Shown: positions 43,980 to 55,305 of the stretch, in pieces | How the letters are laid out: every line of letters begins with the position of its first letter | Numbering within the stretch: the first letter of the stretch is position 1 | From: a virus | Strand: one strand, 5' to 3' | Length of the DNA stretch: 64,000 bases | IMG/VR virus record: IMGVR_UViG_3300001279_000031 | Coordinates: 22,340-86,339 of that record | Program-made: the position numbers and the translations under genes | The notes under the pieces: generated by a model | What the model was told of the DNA's origin: nothing | The model's input: only the letters and a program-made list of their open reading frames with translations | Database searches by the model: none

Positions 43980-44531
43980 ATGAATAAAATAAAATTTATT
44001 AAGGACTATGAAAATAGTTTTATGGATACAATGTTTTCAAACGATTTTCTTAGTGTTATAATACCGAAGGATACTGTATTAGAAGTTAACGCTGATGGCA
44101 TATATGTTTTTACATATACGTTATCTTCAGCATCTATTAACGATACTACAGAAAGTAAAAGTAATGATAACAAAACAGAATGTCCTAGTATAGAAGTAAC
44201 TACCTATATAGCTTTTGATGAAGATGACGTCGAAAAGTTAATTAGTAATGGAACTGTAATAAGACCTATTACGCAAGAGCAATATGAAAAAGACCTATAC
44301 AACAAAGCTGTTAAACAGAACCAACAAGATTGTGAAATACGTGAAAGATTAGACAAACTAAATGAAATGTATAATACCAGATTGAATCAACTACAAAGTA
44401 GGAGTGACAATGACTTTTATTCTAAAACAGATACTGATATTAGAAAGTATGTTTGTGAATCAATTATAGATGCAATATACTATATAAAAAATGGTGAACA
44501 AAAAATAGTAAAAAGAGAAGGAAATATCTAA
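43980..44531 (+). CDS. Hypothetical protein
   Basis: 183-aa ORF. Confidence 0.7.
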   Translation: MNKIKFIKDYENSFMDTMFSNDFLSVIIPKDTVLEVNADGIYVFTYTLSSASINDTTESKSNDNKTECPSIEVTTYIAFDEDDVEKLISNGTVIRPITQEQYEKDLYNKAVKQNQQDCEIRERLDKLNEMYNTRLNQLQSRSDNDFYSKTDTDIRKYVCESIIDAIYYIKNGEQKIVKREGNI

Positions 44532-44532
44532 A

Positions 44533-44997
44533 ATGAAAGAGACAAATTATAAAGAAATGGCTAAGGTTATAAGCGCTGGTCTTGAATATTTAATGACTAA
44601 GGATGTACTAGTAAAACCTTTAGAAGTTGTTAAAGTACAAAAGCAATTCGAAGAACCTATAGTTGATAAACGCACTAAAAAAGATGGTATAGACGTAAAT
44701 GATTATTCTAAAACTAGAACAGTAACAAGGGAAGTTGAATCAAATTTTAAGAAGGGAATCGTATTATCTATACCAACATGTTTAAAAGAAATCAAACAAG
44801 ATTTTGAAGTTGGTGATATAGTCATATTCCCAAAGAAATTCGCAATAGAATATGATCTATTTAAAGACTCATTACTTGTAAAGCCTTACGATATTGTAGC
44901 TGTAGTAACAGAACCTAATAAGGATGGTATCTTAAAGTTAAATGAAGTAATAACGAGTATAATTAAAGATAAAAATGATATCTCCAATAGCAATTGA
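44533..44997 (+). CDS. GroES-like (co-chaperonin fold) protein
   Basis: DVLVKP...GIVLSI...FEVGDIVIF...DIVAVV follows the GroES pattern. Confidence 0.55.
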   Translation: MKETNYKEMAKVISAGLEYLMTKDVLVKPLEVVKVQKQFEEPIVDKRTKKDGIDVNDYSKTRTVTREVESNFKKGIVLSIPTCLKEIKQDFEVGDIVIFPKKFAIEYDLFKDSLLVKPYDIVAVVTEPNKDGILKLNEVITSIIKDKNDISNSN

Positions 44998-45487
44998 TAT
45001 ATATACAGACGGTTCTTCGAAAGGTAATCCTGGCAATGGGGGACTGGCTTACATAATACGAACAAACGGTATTATGTATAAGTTTGCTCAAGGAGAACTT
45101 ACTGCTACTAATAATAGAATGGAATTAAGCGCGGCTATTGCTGCGTTTAATGCTATTAAAAATATAGTAATTGATAACAAATTACAGTATATTATAAATG
45201 TTTATAGTGATTCGCAATATATAACAGAGGCTATTAATAAGAATTGGTTGTTTAATTGGGTTAGAAGAGGCTTTTTGAATGTTAAAAATTCAGATTTATG
45301 GAGTCAATTCTTCTTACTTGTATCTCCATTGATGTTACAAACCAATGTAAAGGTTAATTTTATATGGATAAAAGGGCATAATGGCAATAAATATAATGAA
45401 ATTGTTGATAAATTAGCGAAAAGTGCCTGTGGTAAACAGGGTATTATAACAAATTATTATTTCAATGAGAAAACAACTGAGTGTTAA
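44975..45487 (+). CDS. rnhA: Ribonuclease HI
   Basis: Motifs YTDGS.KGNPG.GG, TNNRMEL, SDSQY, KNSDLW and KGH.GN..NE.VD.LA. Confidence 0.95.
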   Translation: MISPIAIDIYTDGSSKGNPGNGGLAYIIRTNGIMYKFAQGELTATNNRMELSAAIAAFNAIKNIVIDNKLQYIINVYSDSQYITEAINKNWLFNWVRRGFLNVKNSDLWSQFFLLVSPLMLQTNVKVNFIWIKGHNGNKYNEIVDKLAKSACGKQGIITNYYFNEKTTEC

Positions 45488-45731
45488 ATACGATGATTAC
45501 TTTTTAGATGTATATAGGCAATTAGCTAAAGAATTTAACATGGATGAAGATCAAATAATGGCAATATGCCGAAGTGAATTCAGATACACGTCTGAAATAA
45601 TGAAAAGTAATAACACAAAAAACATTTTATTTAACAAGTTATTCAAATTTAAACTAAAGAAAAAATATGAAACTAATAAGACCACATGTAGCAGTAATCC
45701 AACAGAATCCTGGACTAGATGGAATGTATAA
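45465..45731 (+). CDS. Small IHF/HU-like DNA-binding protein
   Basis: Two helices followed by NILFNKLFKFK, resembling the HU beta region. Confidence 0.5.
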   Translation: MRKQLSVKYDDYFLDVYRQLAKEFNMDEDQIMAICRSEFRYTSEIMKSNNTKNILFNKLFKFKLKKKYETNKTTCSSNPTESWTRWNV

Positions 45732-46629
45732 ACATATATTGGAATGTGCTAATATAAAGTCTACTACTACTGATAAAGAAACAGTAGACAAGATAATTGA
45801 CAAGAGTCTATTAGAACACGGTACTGTATACTTATACATTGAGGATAATCAGCAACTAGAAGAAGACTGTGGACCAGAAGAAGGATTTACAGATATGGAT
45901 GTGTTTAAATACATAAGAAGTTTCTTCGTTAAAAACCCATTTAGTAATTGTATGTACAGACACCAAGAAGGAATCTGCGATAGACTATACATTACAACAA
46001 ATTATAGAGTAATTGTTGATAATGATCTTAAGTTTTTAATGAAATACTGGTGTGAACCAAATATTGATTTCGAATGTAGATACACTATTAAATGGAATAT
46101 AGATTACCCTACTTATATTTCTATATTACGGCATAGATTACTTACGACAACGGCAAATAATAGTTTTAAAAGTGTATTGCAGCATTATGATACTGATAAA
46201 AAAGATATGAATTTAACATTCGTAATACCAGATTGCATGGATTTAGTTACTACTGGTGAAGCTAAAGCATCTGATATAATAAAATTATGTAATGATAAAC
46301 TAAAAGATGACAAATTAATTAGTGATGAAAAGCAGTATTTTATATATTTAAAAAATTGTGCATATACAGAAATAGGTTTTAATGACATGTTTAAATCTAA
46401 TGGAGATGACTATGATACGATTAAATATATATATAATGCACCACTTTGTGTTACAATTTATACCACAGGATTTAGATATGATTGGGCCAATATTCTTAAA
46501 TATGAAATGAATAATGCAAATGAAAACAAGCGTTTGTTTAATTCAGTATATGAAATTATAGATAATTTAAACACATTACACAATGAAGGTAGGAATAGGA
46601 GTGATAACTACTCAACAAAGAAAAGTTAA
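45667..46629 (+). CDS. thyX: ThyX-like protein with degenerate catalytic motif
   Basis: LEHGTVYL, ITTNYRV and LRHR are present; the RHRxxSxxxxSxR signature is eroded. Confidence 0.65.
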   Translation: MKLIRPHVAVIQQNPGLDGMYKHILECANIKSTTTDKETVDKIIDKSLLEHGTVYLYIEDNQQLEEDCGPEEGFTDMDVFKYIRSFFVKNPFSNCMYRHQEGICDRLYITTNYRVIVDNDLKFLMKYWCEPNIDFECRYTIKWNIDYPTYISILRHRLLTTTANNSFKSVLQHYDTDKKDMNLTFVIPDCMDLVTTGEAKASDIIKLCNDKLKDDKLISDEKQYFIYLKNCAYTEIGFNDMFKSNGDDYDTIKYIYNAPLCVTIYTTGFRYDWANILKYEMNNANENKRLFNSVYEIIDNLNTLHNEGRNRSDNYSTKKS

Positions 46630-47254
46630 TAGTAATATATTCAATTTGATAAGTCAACCAACAGAATTTTATGTTTATACTGATTATGAACGTAAAGGAT
46701 GTTCATATGGTAGGAATGAATGCATAAAACATTTGTATGATGCTAAATGTGATTATATATTTTTGTTTGATGATGATACTTATCCGATTATAAAAGGTTG
46801 GGAAGATAAAATTATACAGTGGATGAACAAAGAAAATGTTCATGTGACAGGTATAATAGATTATAAAACAAATAAGGCTACGCAATTAATCAACAATGAT
46901 ACACTAGTATTTAATGCGGCTGTTGCAGGACCTTTTTTAGCTATAGATAGAAAAGCAATAGAAACAGTTGGTTATTATAGTACAAAATATACTATATATG
47001 GTTGGGAAGATGTTGCTTATTGTGGTAGATGTAAGAATGCTGGGTTGTGTGGAGATAGAAATGGTGTTAAATTACCTATATGGTTAATGATGTATATACA
47101 CGATGAAGATATGTACAATGAAACAGCATTACAAACATTTTCAGATGAAGATAAAAAGAAAGGAATTGCTTTAAATCAATCAGAATGTGCTACAGAAGTA
47201 ACGTCAAGTAAATTATATTATGATTATGAAGAAAACCAACGTAGGAAAAACTGA
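46583..47254 (+). CDS. GT2-family glycosyltransferase
   Basis: G.SYGRN, YIFLFDDD (DxD), R.AIETVGY and YGWED. Confidence 0.85.
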   Translation: MKVGIGVITTQQRKVNSNIFNLISQPTEFYVYTDYERKGCSYGRNECIKHLYDAKCDYIFLFDDDTYPIIKGWEDKIIQWMNKENVHVTGIIDYKTNKATQLINNDTLVFNAAVAGPFLAIDRKAIETVGYYSTKYTIYGWEDVAYCGRCKNAGLCGDRNGVKLPIWLMMYIHDEDMYNETALQTFSDEDKKKGIALNQSECATEVTSSKLYYDYEENQRRKN

Positions 47255-47278
47255 TAAGTTTAAATACAAAGGTACACC

Positions 47279-47305
47279 GCAACAAATCAAATAAATATTA
47301 CGTTA
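47279..47305 (+). promoter_or_regulatory. ECF-type promoter GCAAC-N17-CGTTA, upstream of the tRNA/late operon
   Basis: GCAAC aaatcaaataaatatta CGTTA in an intergenic gap. Confidence 0.7.
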
Positions 47306-47360
47306 TAACGATAATAACTGTAGAAATACAAGGAAAATTAATACTAGTAAAACTAAGGAA

Positions 47361-47666
47361 ATGGAAGATAAAGAAATTAAAACAACAGTAAAAGATCAAA
47401 AACCGGTCGATACTGTTAAAACGAATAAACAACATAAGACTATTAAGAAGGAAACTTCAAAAAAGCCTATGCTGGAAATCAATCTTATTAAGTATGCAAA
47501 CAACCTATCTCTTGCTATAGCACATGCTAAACAAGAAGCTGGAATAGTGTTAGACAAAGTCGATGAAGAAGCATTAGCAATAGAAGCAGAAACTGCTAAA
47601 AAAGCCAATACAATATTTATGAAAGTAAAGAAATTCTTTACTAAGATTTTCAAACATAATAAATAA
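47361..47666 (+). CDS. Lys-rich hypothetical protein
   Basis: 101-aa ORF with an amphipathic C-terminus. Confidence 0.65.
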   Translation: MEDKEIKTTVKDQKPVDTVKTNKQHKTIKKETSKKPMLEINLIKYANNLSLAIAHAKQEAGIVLDKVDEEALAIEAETAKKANTIFMKVKKFFTKIFKHNK

Positions 47667-47699
47667 TAATATTTAATAATAGAATTTAAATTTAGAATT

Positions 47700-48020
47700 A
47701 TGGACAATAACAATGAACAAGTTGGTGCTACTTACGGAAAGTTAGAACAGACTAAAAAGAGAATAGAGAGATTAGAGAGAGAACTAGGTTCTCGTACTTA
47801 TACTTCAGAGTTGACAGAGGATCAGAAAAAAGAAATTAAATCGGAACTAGATAATCTAAAAACCGATTATACGGTTCTCTTAAAGAAACTAGAAAATAGT
47901 CAGCCTGTAACAAAAGATAAAGACGATACAAGTTTGAATGAATCCGAAGATAAACCCACTAAGGACTATACTAAGCAATCTGTTGAACCTGTTGAGGAAT
48001 CTACCAATACGGTAGCATAA
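47700..48020 (+). CDS. Coiled-coil acidic hypothetical protein
   Basis: 106-aa ORF. Confidence 0.65.
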   Translation: MDNNNEQVGATYGKLEQTKKRIERLERELGSRTYTSELTEDQKKEIKSELDNLKTDYTVLLKKLENSQPVTKDKDDTSLNESEDKPTKDYTKQSVEPVEESTNTVA

Positions 48021-48037
48021 AACAAATTAAAAAATAT

Positions 48038-48060
48038 AGGTGAGTCTCAACAACTCACCT
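48038..48060. other. 8-bp hairpin directly upstream of the tRNA
   Basis: aggtgagt-ctcaaca-actcacct. Confidence 0.5.
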
Positions 48061-48067
48061 AACTTAT

Positions 48068-48139
48068 TGCCCTATGTGTGTAATGGTAGCACGGGAGCTT
48101 CTAAACCTCCAAGTCTGAGTTCGAATCTTAGTGGGGCCG
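48068..48139 (+). tRNA. Amber suppressor tRNA (anticodon CUA) with a Gln-type body
   Basis: Acceptor TGCCCTA/TGGGGCC, D-arm GTGT-AATGGTA-GCAC, anticodon loop TT-CTA-AA (48101-48103), T-arm CTGAG-TTCGAAT-CTTAG, discriminator G; CCA is not encoded. Confidence 0.93.
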
Positions 48140-48160
48140 CTAATTAAATATTAATAATAT

Positions 48161-48628
48161 ATGGAATTAAAATATAAGAAACTTGCTGATAATGCTGTTG
48201 CTCCTGTAAAAATGCATGATAGTGATGCTGGGTTTGATCTAACTGTATCTAGTATAACTACAGAATTGGGTGAAGATGGACAATTGATTATAGTATTTCA
48301 TTCTGGTATATCTATTGAATTACCAAAGAATTATGTAGGATTTGTCTATCCACGATCATCAATTTGTAAGAAATCTGTTTCTTTTGCTAACGGAGTTGGC
48401 GTAATAGATTCTGGTTATCGTGGTGAAATAATTGCTAAATGCAAAACAAATACAAATGTAGTTCCAATCGTATATAAGGAAGGTGAACGATTTGCACAAT
48501 TGATTATTACAACATTACCAAATATTACAATGAACGAGTCAGATCAATTAGCTGATTCAGATAGAGGAACTGATGGTTTCGGTTCTACTGATAAACAAAA
48601 AAATACTACTAGTACTACAAAGAAATAA
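48161..48628 (+). CDS. dut: Trimeric dUTPase
   Basis: Motifs AGFDL, PRSS, GVIDSGYRGEI, ERFAQL and RG..GFGST. Confidence 0.95.
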   Translation: MELKYKKLADNAVAPVKMHDSDAGFDLTVSSITTELGEDGQLIIVFHSGISIELPKNYVGFVYPRSSICKKSVSFANGVGVIDSGYRGEIIAKCKTNTNVVPIVYKEGERFAQLIITTLPNITMNESDQLADSDRGTDGFGSTDKQKNTTSTTKK

Positions 48629-48670
48629 GTAATACTAAGGTTTAAATAAAATTTAAGATTATAAAATACC

Positions 48671-48702
48671 GAAAGGGAGTATCAAGACAGATGCCCCCTT
48701 TC
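48671..48702 (+). other. Hairpin at the boundary between TAG-free and recoded genes
   Basis: gaaaggg...ccctttc with an inner gtatc/gatgc stem. Confidence 0.45.
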
Positions 48703-48709
48703 AGCATAT

Positions 48710-49270
48710 ATGTATATACCGATGTTTAATATACAAGGAAATAAAATAATACTAGATACTGATGAGCTCGCAATTCCACCATTTAAAGACTACTATAACA
48801 ATAGTAAAGATAAGGATAAGGCTATCAAGGAAATAGAATATGTGATTTGGTTATATAAGTGGGATTCACCATACTTATCTTATGATTCTGCAATACGTTC
48901 TAGTATTGTCGGTAAAGATATTATGGGTAACTCAGAATATAAGCCTAGTGATTCCTTACAAGAGTTATCACAGCGTTTTAATTAGTTTTAGTAGACACCA
49001 TTGACTAGGTTATATTAGGCTAGCGAGGAGGCTCTAGAATGGCTTACATAGACATTATAGAACATACGTAGTGAAGTTGAAAGTGCTAATTTAAACATCG
49101 AAGATAAAATGAAAGTAGCCACAAGTATAAGTAGATTAGTCAAAGATGTTGAAGCTAATGCTAAATCAGTTGATTCTGCAAAGAAGAGAGCTATGGCAGA
49201 ACAAGCAGAATCAGGTAGAATAACTGGTGGTGGCAAATTAGGTTTATATGAACGACCACATAAGAAATAA
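48710..49270 (+). CDS. Conserved protein upstream of terminase, possibly TerS (TAG=Gln, 186 aa)
   Basis: Reads through several TAG to TAA 49268-49270, overlapping the terL ATG. Confidence 0.7.
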
Positions 49271-51351
49271 TGATAGATTTTAATAAAATAACAATATATC
49301 CTGATAAGTTTAGGAAAGCTGTAATATTTTTTTAGTAGCATGGTGAGTATTGCTTATACCCAGCTGGTACTACTGATTATATTGCATTTTGGGATGAAGA
49401 AACTGATCGCTGTTTAAATGGTTATACTGCACCAGATGGTGATTGGATTAGCGGTTATAATTATTTTTATTTGAACTATACGCCAATATACCGTTTGATT
49501 AAATCAATGGTTGTTGATAGACATGGTAAAAAACGATTAAAATAGGAACGTGTATAGGATTGGGCATCTTTTTATGATTATGATTATTATTATTTTTTAG
49601 CAATATAGGAAGCAGAAGAAAAAGGTTCACATCTATCAGTATTAAAAGCACGTGGCAAAGGGTATTCATTTAAAGGTGCTTCAATGTTGTGCAGAAATTA
49701 TTTCTTAATAGAAGGTTCTAAATCATATGCAGTAGCATCAGAGAAAGAGTATCTTATGAATGACGGACTATTAAGTAAAGCTTGGGAGATGATGGATTTC
49801 ATTGACCAACATACAGCGTGGTCAAAAAAGAGATTGGTTGATACACAAATGCATAGACAATCTGGTTATGAAACAACTGATGAACACGGCAATAAAACTA
49901 AGGATGGTTATAAATCAGAGATAATCGGTATATCATTAAAGGATAAGCCAGATAGGATACGTGGTAAGCGTGGTAAATTAATATTGTGGGAAGAGGCTGG
50001 TACCTTTCCTAATATACTTACTTCGTGGCAAATAGCTAGACCTAGTATTGAAGAAGATGGTTATGCTTATGGTTTAATGATAGCGTATGGTACAGGTGGT
50101 GAAGAAGGTGAGGACTTTAGGGGATTACGAGAGTTGTTTTATCATGGCGACGGTTATAATATATTATAGTTACCTAATATTTGGGATGAAAATATGTCTA
50201 GTTAGACATGTGGATTCTTTGTACCAACATGGGCTAACATGTCAACTATAGATAAAGCAACAGGTGAACGTTTGTTTATGGATGATTATGGTAATTCATT
50301 AAGAGAAAAGACTATAGATTTTATAAATGAAGACCGTAATAAAGTAATTGAAGGAGCTACTGATAATTCTGCGATAGACAGATATATAGCAGAACACCCA
50401 ATGCGTCCTATGGAAGCTTGCCTAGAAGTATCTGGTAATATATTTCCAAAGAAAGAATTGACTTAGTAGTTAGCATTAGTACGTGGAAATATAAAATTTA
50501 AGAATTTCAAATAGGTTGGTGATCTAATTTATGTTAATGGCGAACTATCGTGGCAGCAAAAGAAACATGGGGATATAACATAGTATCCATTACCTAGGGA
50601 TGTTGATCCTACTGGTAGTATTGTTATATGGGAACATCCTATAAAGGATCCACCAATTGGTTTGTATATAGCAGGTAATGATCCGTATGATCACGATTAG
50701 TCATAGACTAATTCATTAGGTGCTACATTCATTTATAAACGATTTTAGAACTTTGAATCATACTATGATATGATAGTAGCTGAGTATACTGGTAGACCAG
50801 CTACTGCAGAAGATTATTACGAAAATGTTCGTAAATTATTGTTATATTATAATGCTAGACTATTATATGAAAACCAATGGAAAGGATTGGCTACTTATTT
50901 TAAATAGCATCATTGTGATTATTTATTGGCAGATTAGCCAGATATCATAAAAGATATAATTAATGATAGTCATGTTAGTCGTGGTAAAGGAATACATATG
51001 ACAAAAGAAATCAGACAATACGGTGAAGGTTTGATTAAAGAATGGTTGAATACTGAATATGCGCCTGGTAAAAAGAATTTAACTAGGATATTTAGTGAAC
51101 CATTACTTGAAGAACTTATTTAGACGAATGGTATAGTAAACGTCGATAGAATAATAGCCTTATGCATGGTTATGATTTATAAAGAGTAGTTATACAATTT
51201 AACAGTAAAAAAGAACGAGGAAGAAAATAAACAACGTGAACTATTTGAAGTCCCATTATTTAGTAAGCAATGGTTTGATGAATATAATGAACCCGATTAG
51301 CAATTAATTCAAGGATAGGATATACCAGTTTTTACGTTTAATAATAATTAA
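49270..51351 (+). CDS. terL: Terminase large subunit (TAG=Gln, 693 aa)
   Basis: Motifs LKARGKGYSFK, ILWEEAG, YGTGG, AGNDPYD, LYEN and NVDR in one frame interrupted by TAG. Confidence 0.93.
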
Positions 51352-51354
51352 TTT

Positions 51355-53856
51355 ATGAGATATAATTAGTCTGTATTTCCAATATAGAAATTACCAATGT
51401 CTGAAAAGGACGAACCTTGGTAGGAAGCATGTATAGATTATGTGATTGGTATGGGTGAAGTTGTTTCAGGTGGAATGACTAGGTCACGTTTTGAAGAACT
51501 CCAAATGTATTATAATTTATATAATGGTATATTTGATGAAAGAGATTTAAAGGCTGTTACTAATCCATTTAAAGTTGACGATGGATTTCCTGCTACACCA
51601 CATGATTTTAACATAATCAGAAATCGTGTTGATTTACTTATTGGTGAAGAAACAAAACGTCCGTTAAATTTTATTGTAACTAGAACAGATGAAGAAGCTA
51701 CTTCTAGTATGCAAGATAAAACAAAACAGATGGTATTAGACTATGTAATGTAGACTATTACTGCCAAAATGGATCCAAAAGCAGCTGAACAATATTAGTA
51801 GAAGATAAAAAGTGGATAGATAATGCCACCAGCAGATATTGCTGATTATATGAAACGTGATTATAAAGATATCGTAGAGAATGTTGGTTATCATACATTA
51901 AATTATTTACGTTAGAAACTTAATATTGATCATGAGTATATAAAGGGTTGGAAAGATGCTTTAATTAGTGGTTAGGAAGTATACTATGTTGGTATACTTA
52001 ATCATGAGCCAATATTAGAAAGAGTAAATCCAATGTATTTTTCATTTGATAAATCACCAGAACTAGAATTTATTGAAGATGGTGATTGGGCTTGTCGTAG
52101 AATGCGTTTGGCTTATACGGAAGTATATGATCGATTTTTTGATAAGATGGATGAATAGCAATTAAATAAACTAATAGATCTTATAGGTGGATCACCACAA
52201 TCATATATGACAGATAAAAGTATGATTGATGATTTTAATCATATTAAAATGCGTATTGTTGATAATCCTACTTATGATTTTAGAGCTCGTAATACAGTAA
52301 ATGTTTGGCATTGTTGTTGGCGTTCCTTTAAGAAGATAGCATACGTTTATTATAAAGATGAAAATGGTGAAGTATAGTAGACTATAGTTGATGAAAATTA
52401 TACTAAGAATGGTACAGAGATTGATATAAAATGGGATTGGATAGAAGAAATATGGGAAGGTTATCGTATTGGTCATGAATTATATATTGGCTGTAAGCCA
52501 TTAGAATATCAACATGTATCTTTAGATAATCCAAATTCATAGAAATTACCATATTGCGGTGTAGTATACAGTAACACTAATAGCGTTCCACGATCATTGG
52601 TTAGCATACTTAAGCCATTACAATATATGTATATTATACTTTGGTATAGATTAGAGTTAGCTCTTGCTAGAGACAAAGGTAAGGTCATCAATATGGATGT
52701 TACACAGATACCTAAGTCGATGGGTATTGATGTACCAAGATGGTTACATTACTTGAGTTCAGTTGGCGTTAATTTTATTAATCCGTACGAAGAAGGTTGG
52801 AATGTTACTGGTAGAGAAGGAGGTAAACCTTCATAGTTTAATCAAGTTGGTACTATGGATACTAGTATGTCACAAGTAATATCACAGTATATTTAGTTAA
52901 TGACTAAAATAGAGTAGATGGCTAGTGATTTATCTGGTATTTCAGATCAACGTATGGGTTAGATAACACCTAGTGAACTTGTTGGAAATACGCAACAAGC
53001 TATCATATCTTCTTCGAATGTAACAGAACCACTTTTTTGGATGCATAATCAATGTAAACGTAATTCATTGAATATGCTATTAAACACAGCAAAAGGTGCT
53101 TGGCAATAGAGTGGTAAAAAGAAATTATCGTACATATTTGATGATGTCGAAAGAGCATTTATCGATATTGTACCAGAATTTTATTATTCTGATATGGATG
53201 TGTTTGTTTCTGATACTACAAAAGATTTACAAAGAATGGATCAATTAAAACAATTAATACAGCCAGCTATGTAGAATGGTGCTACTTTATTAGAAGCAGC
53301 AGAAATATTAACTAGCGATAATATTTAGAATATTAAAGATAAATTACGTAAGATTGTTGATGAACAACAACAAACTGCTGAACAACAACAACAATAGGAA
53401 GCATAGCAACAATAGCAATTAGCTCAAATACAAAATCAGTCAAAGGCTCAAGAACTTACAATAAAACAGGCAGAACTAGATTTGCAACGTTATAAAGTAG
53501 ATCAAGATAATCAGACAAAAATTACAATAGCTGAAATGGAAACATATAATCATCAACAAGATCTTGATCAAAATAATAATGGTATACCGGATCCTATGGA
53601 AATAGCTGATAAGGAATTACAACATGAAAAAATAGAGTCTGATAAGTTTACTAAGCAATATGAAATTGATAAGAAAATGTCATTAGAAGATAAAAAACTT
53701 GATGTTGAAAAACAAAAGATAACTGCTGCATCATCATTACAAGAATAGAAGGATAATGCTGCGATGGATCGAGAAAAGATGAAAGCGAAAGTAGCGATTG
53801 CTAATCCTGTAGTAGGTGAGATAAAAAATAGTAAAACTAAAAAAATAAAGCAGTAA
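51355..53856 (+). CDS. Portal protein (TAG=Gln, 833 aa)
   Basis: Follows terL. Fragments 51442, 52597 and 53482 are in frame. Contains FP.QKLP, NIIR.RVDLLIGEE.KRP and a Gln-rich coiled C-terminus. Confidence 0.88.
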
Positions 53857-54041
53857 TGAATAATAGTGGCATACATATTAAGAAAAAAAATAAAGGAAAA
53901 TTCACTGCTAGCGCTAAAAGAGCTGGTATGGGAGTATAGGCATATGCCAATAAAGTGCTGAGTGCACCTAAGGGTAAATACAGTGCTTAGCTTAGAAAAC
54001 GTGCTAATTTTGCACGAAATGCATCTAAGTTTAAACATTAA
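53856..54041 (+). CDS. Small basic crAss virion-associated protein (two TAG, 61 aa; absent from the ORF track)
   Basis: MNNSGIHIKKKNKGKFTASAKRAGMGV[TAG]AYANKVL...RKRANFARNASKFKH. Confidence 0.8.
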
Positions 54042-54080
54042 CAGTATTGGATAATATCTACTGATTAAATTTTATAAAAA

Positions 54081-55292
54081 ATGGAAAATATAGACGAAAT
54101 AAAAAGTCCGCTATCTTTGTTAAATGAAGTTTCTGGGGCTATTTTTAGTGAACACGATAATCCAGATAAGGATATAACTAAAATAACTACTGAAGATGAT
54201 AAAGATGAAGATGGTGTAACAGATTTAGATCCAAAACCTAAAGATCATGATGAGGAAGAAATTCCTGAACATATTAAAAGTAAATTGGATAAACCCGTAA
54301 AAAAAGAAGAATCTGATGACGATTCTAACGATGAAACTGAAGATGAAACCGAAGATACGGAAGATAAAAAACAAAAAGAAGACGACAAAGACAATAATGA
54401 TGAGCAAGATAAAGACACTGAAAATGATACTGACGATGAAGTTGATGAAGATGAAACAACGGCAGTTTCTAATTTCTTTGATGTATTTGCAGAGGCATTA
54501 AATGTTGAAGTCGATGAAGAAAATAAACCAGATTCAATTGAGGCATTAACCGATTGGGTTCGTGATTTAATCGATGAAAATTCTAAACCTACTTATTCAT
54601 CAGAACAAGTTAAAAACTTGGATGATTATATTAAAAATGGTGGCAAATTTGAAGATTATTATAATCAATTATCAAAAGGTATTGACTATGATAATATCGA
54701 TATGGAAAATGAAGACAATCAAAAAACTATAATTAAAGAATATTTAAAAAAAGAAGGTTATAGTGATACTCAAATTAATAAAAAAATTAATAGATTCGAA
54801 GAAACCGGATTACTTGAAGATGAAGCTAATGATGCTTTAGAAATACTTGACAAAAAAACTAAATAGGAAAATGAGGAAGTATTAAAGAATCAAGAAATTC
54901 TTAAACAACAACAAGTAAAGCAGCAAAAAGAATTTTACGATGGTTTAACGAATGATATTAATAATTTACAAGCTGTTAAGGAAATTAAGATACCTAAAGA
55001 AGACAGACCTAAATTACTAAATTATTTGTTTAAATCAGATGCCAATGGCGTTACGCAATATCAAAAAGATTGGCAAAAAGATGTAAAAAAGAATCTAATT
55101 GAATCTGCATATTTTATGATGAAAGGCGATTAGTTATTAAAATCCGCTTCAAGAAGTGGTGAAACTTCCGCCGTAAAAAAATTAAAACAATCATTTAAAA
55201 CAGAAAAGGGTAATAGGTCACAAACGACCGTATCCTCAAAACAATCTACACCAGTATTTAAAGCAGCGGCTTCAATACTTGGTAGTATATAA
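54081..55292 (+). CDS. Acidic scaffold-like protein (TAG=Gln, 403 aa)
   Basis: Asp/Glu-rich; immediately upstream of the MCP; reads through TAG 54864 to TAA 55290. Confidence 0.75.
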
Positions 55293-55305
55293 TTAATTAA
55301 ATATA

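Noticed and set aside
48140-48160. Theta (HDV-like) ribozyme downstream of the suppressor tRNA
   Set aside because: Only ~20 nt of nearly pure A/T separate the tRNA from the dUTPase start.
48758-48768. CTGATGA hammerhead-core-like hit
   Set aside because: It lies in coding sequence without flanking stems or a properly placed GAAA.
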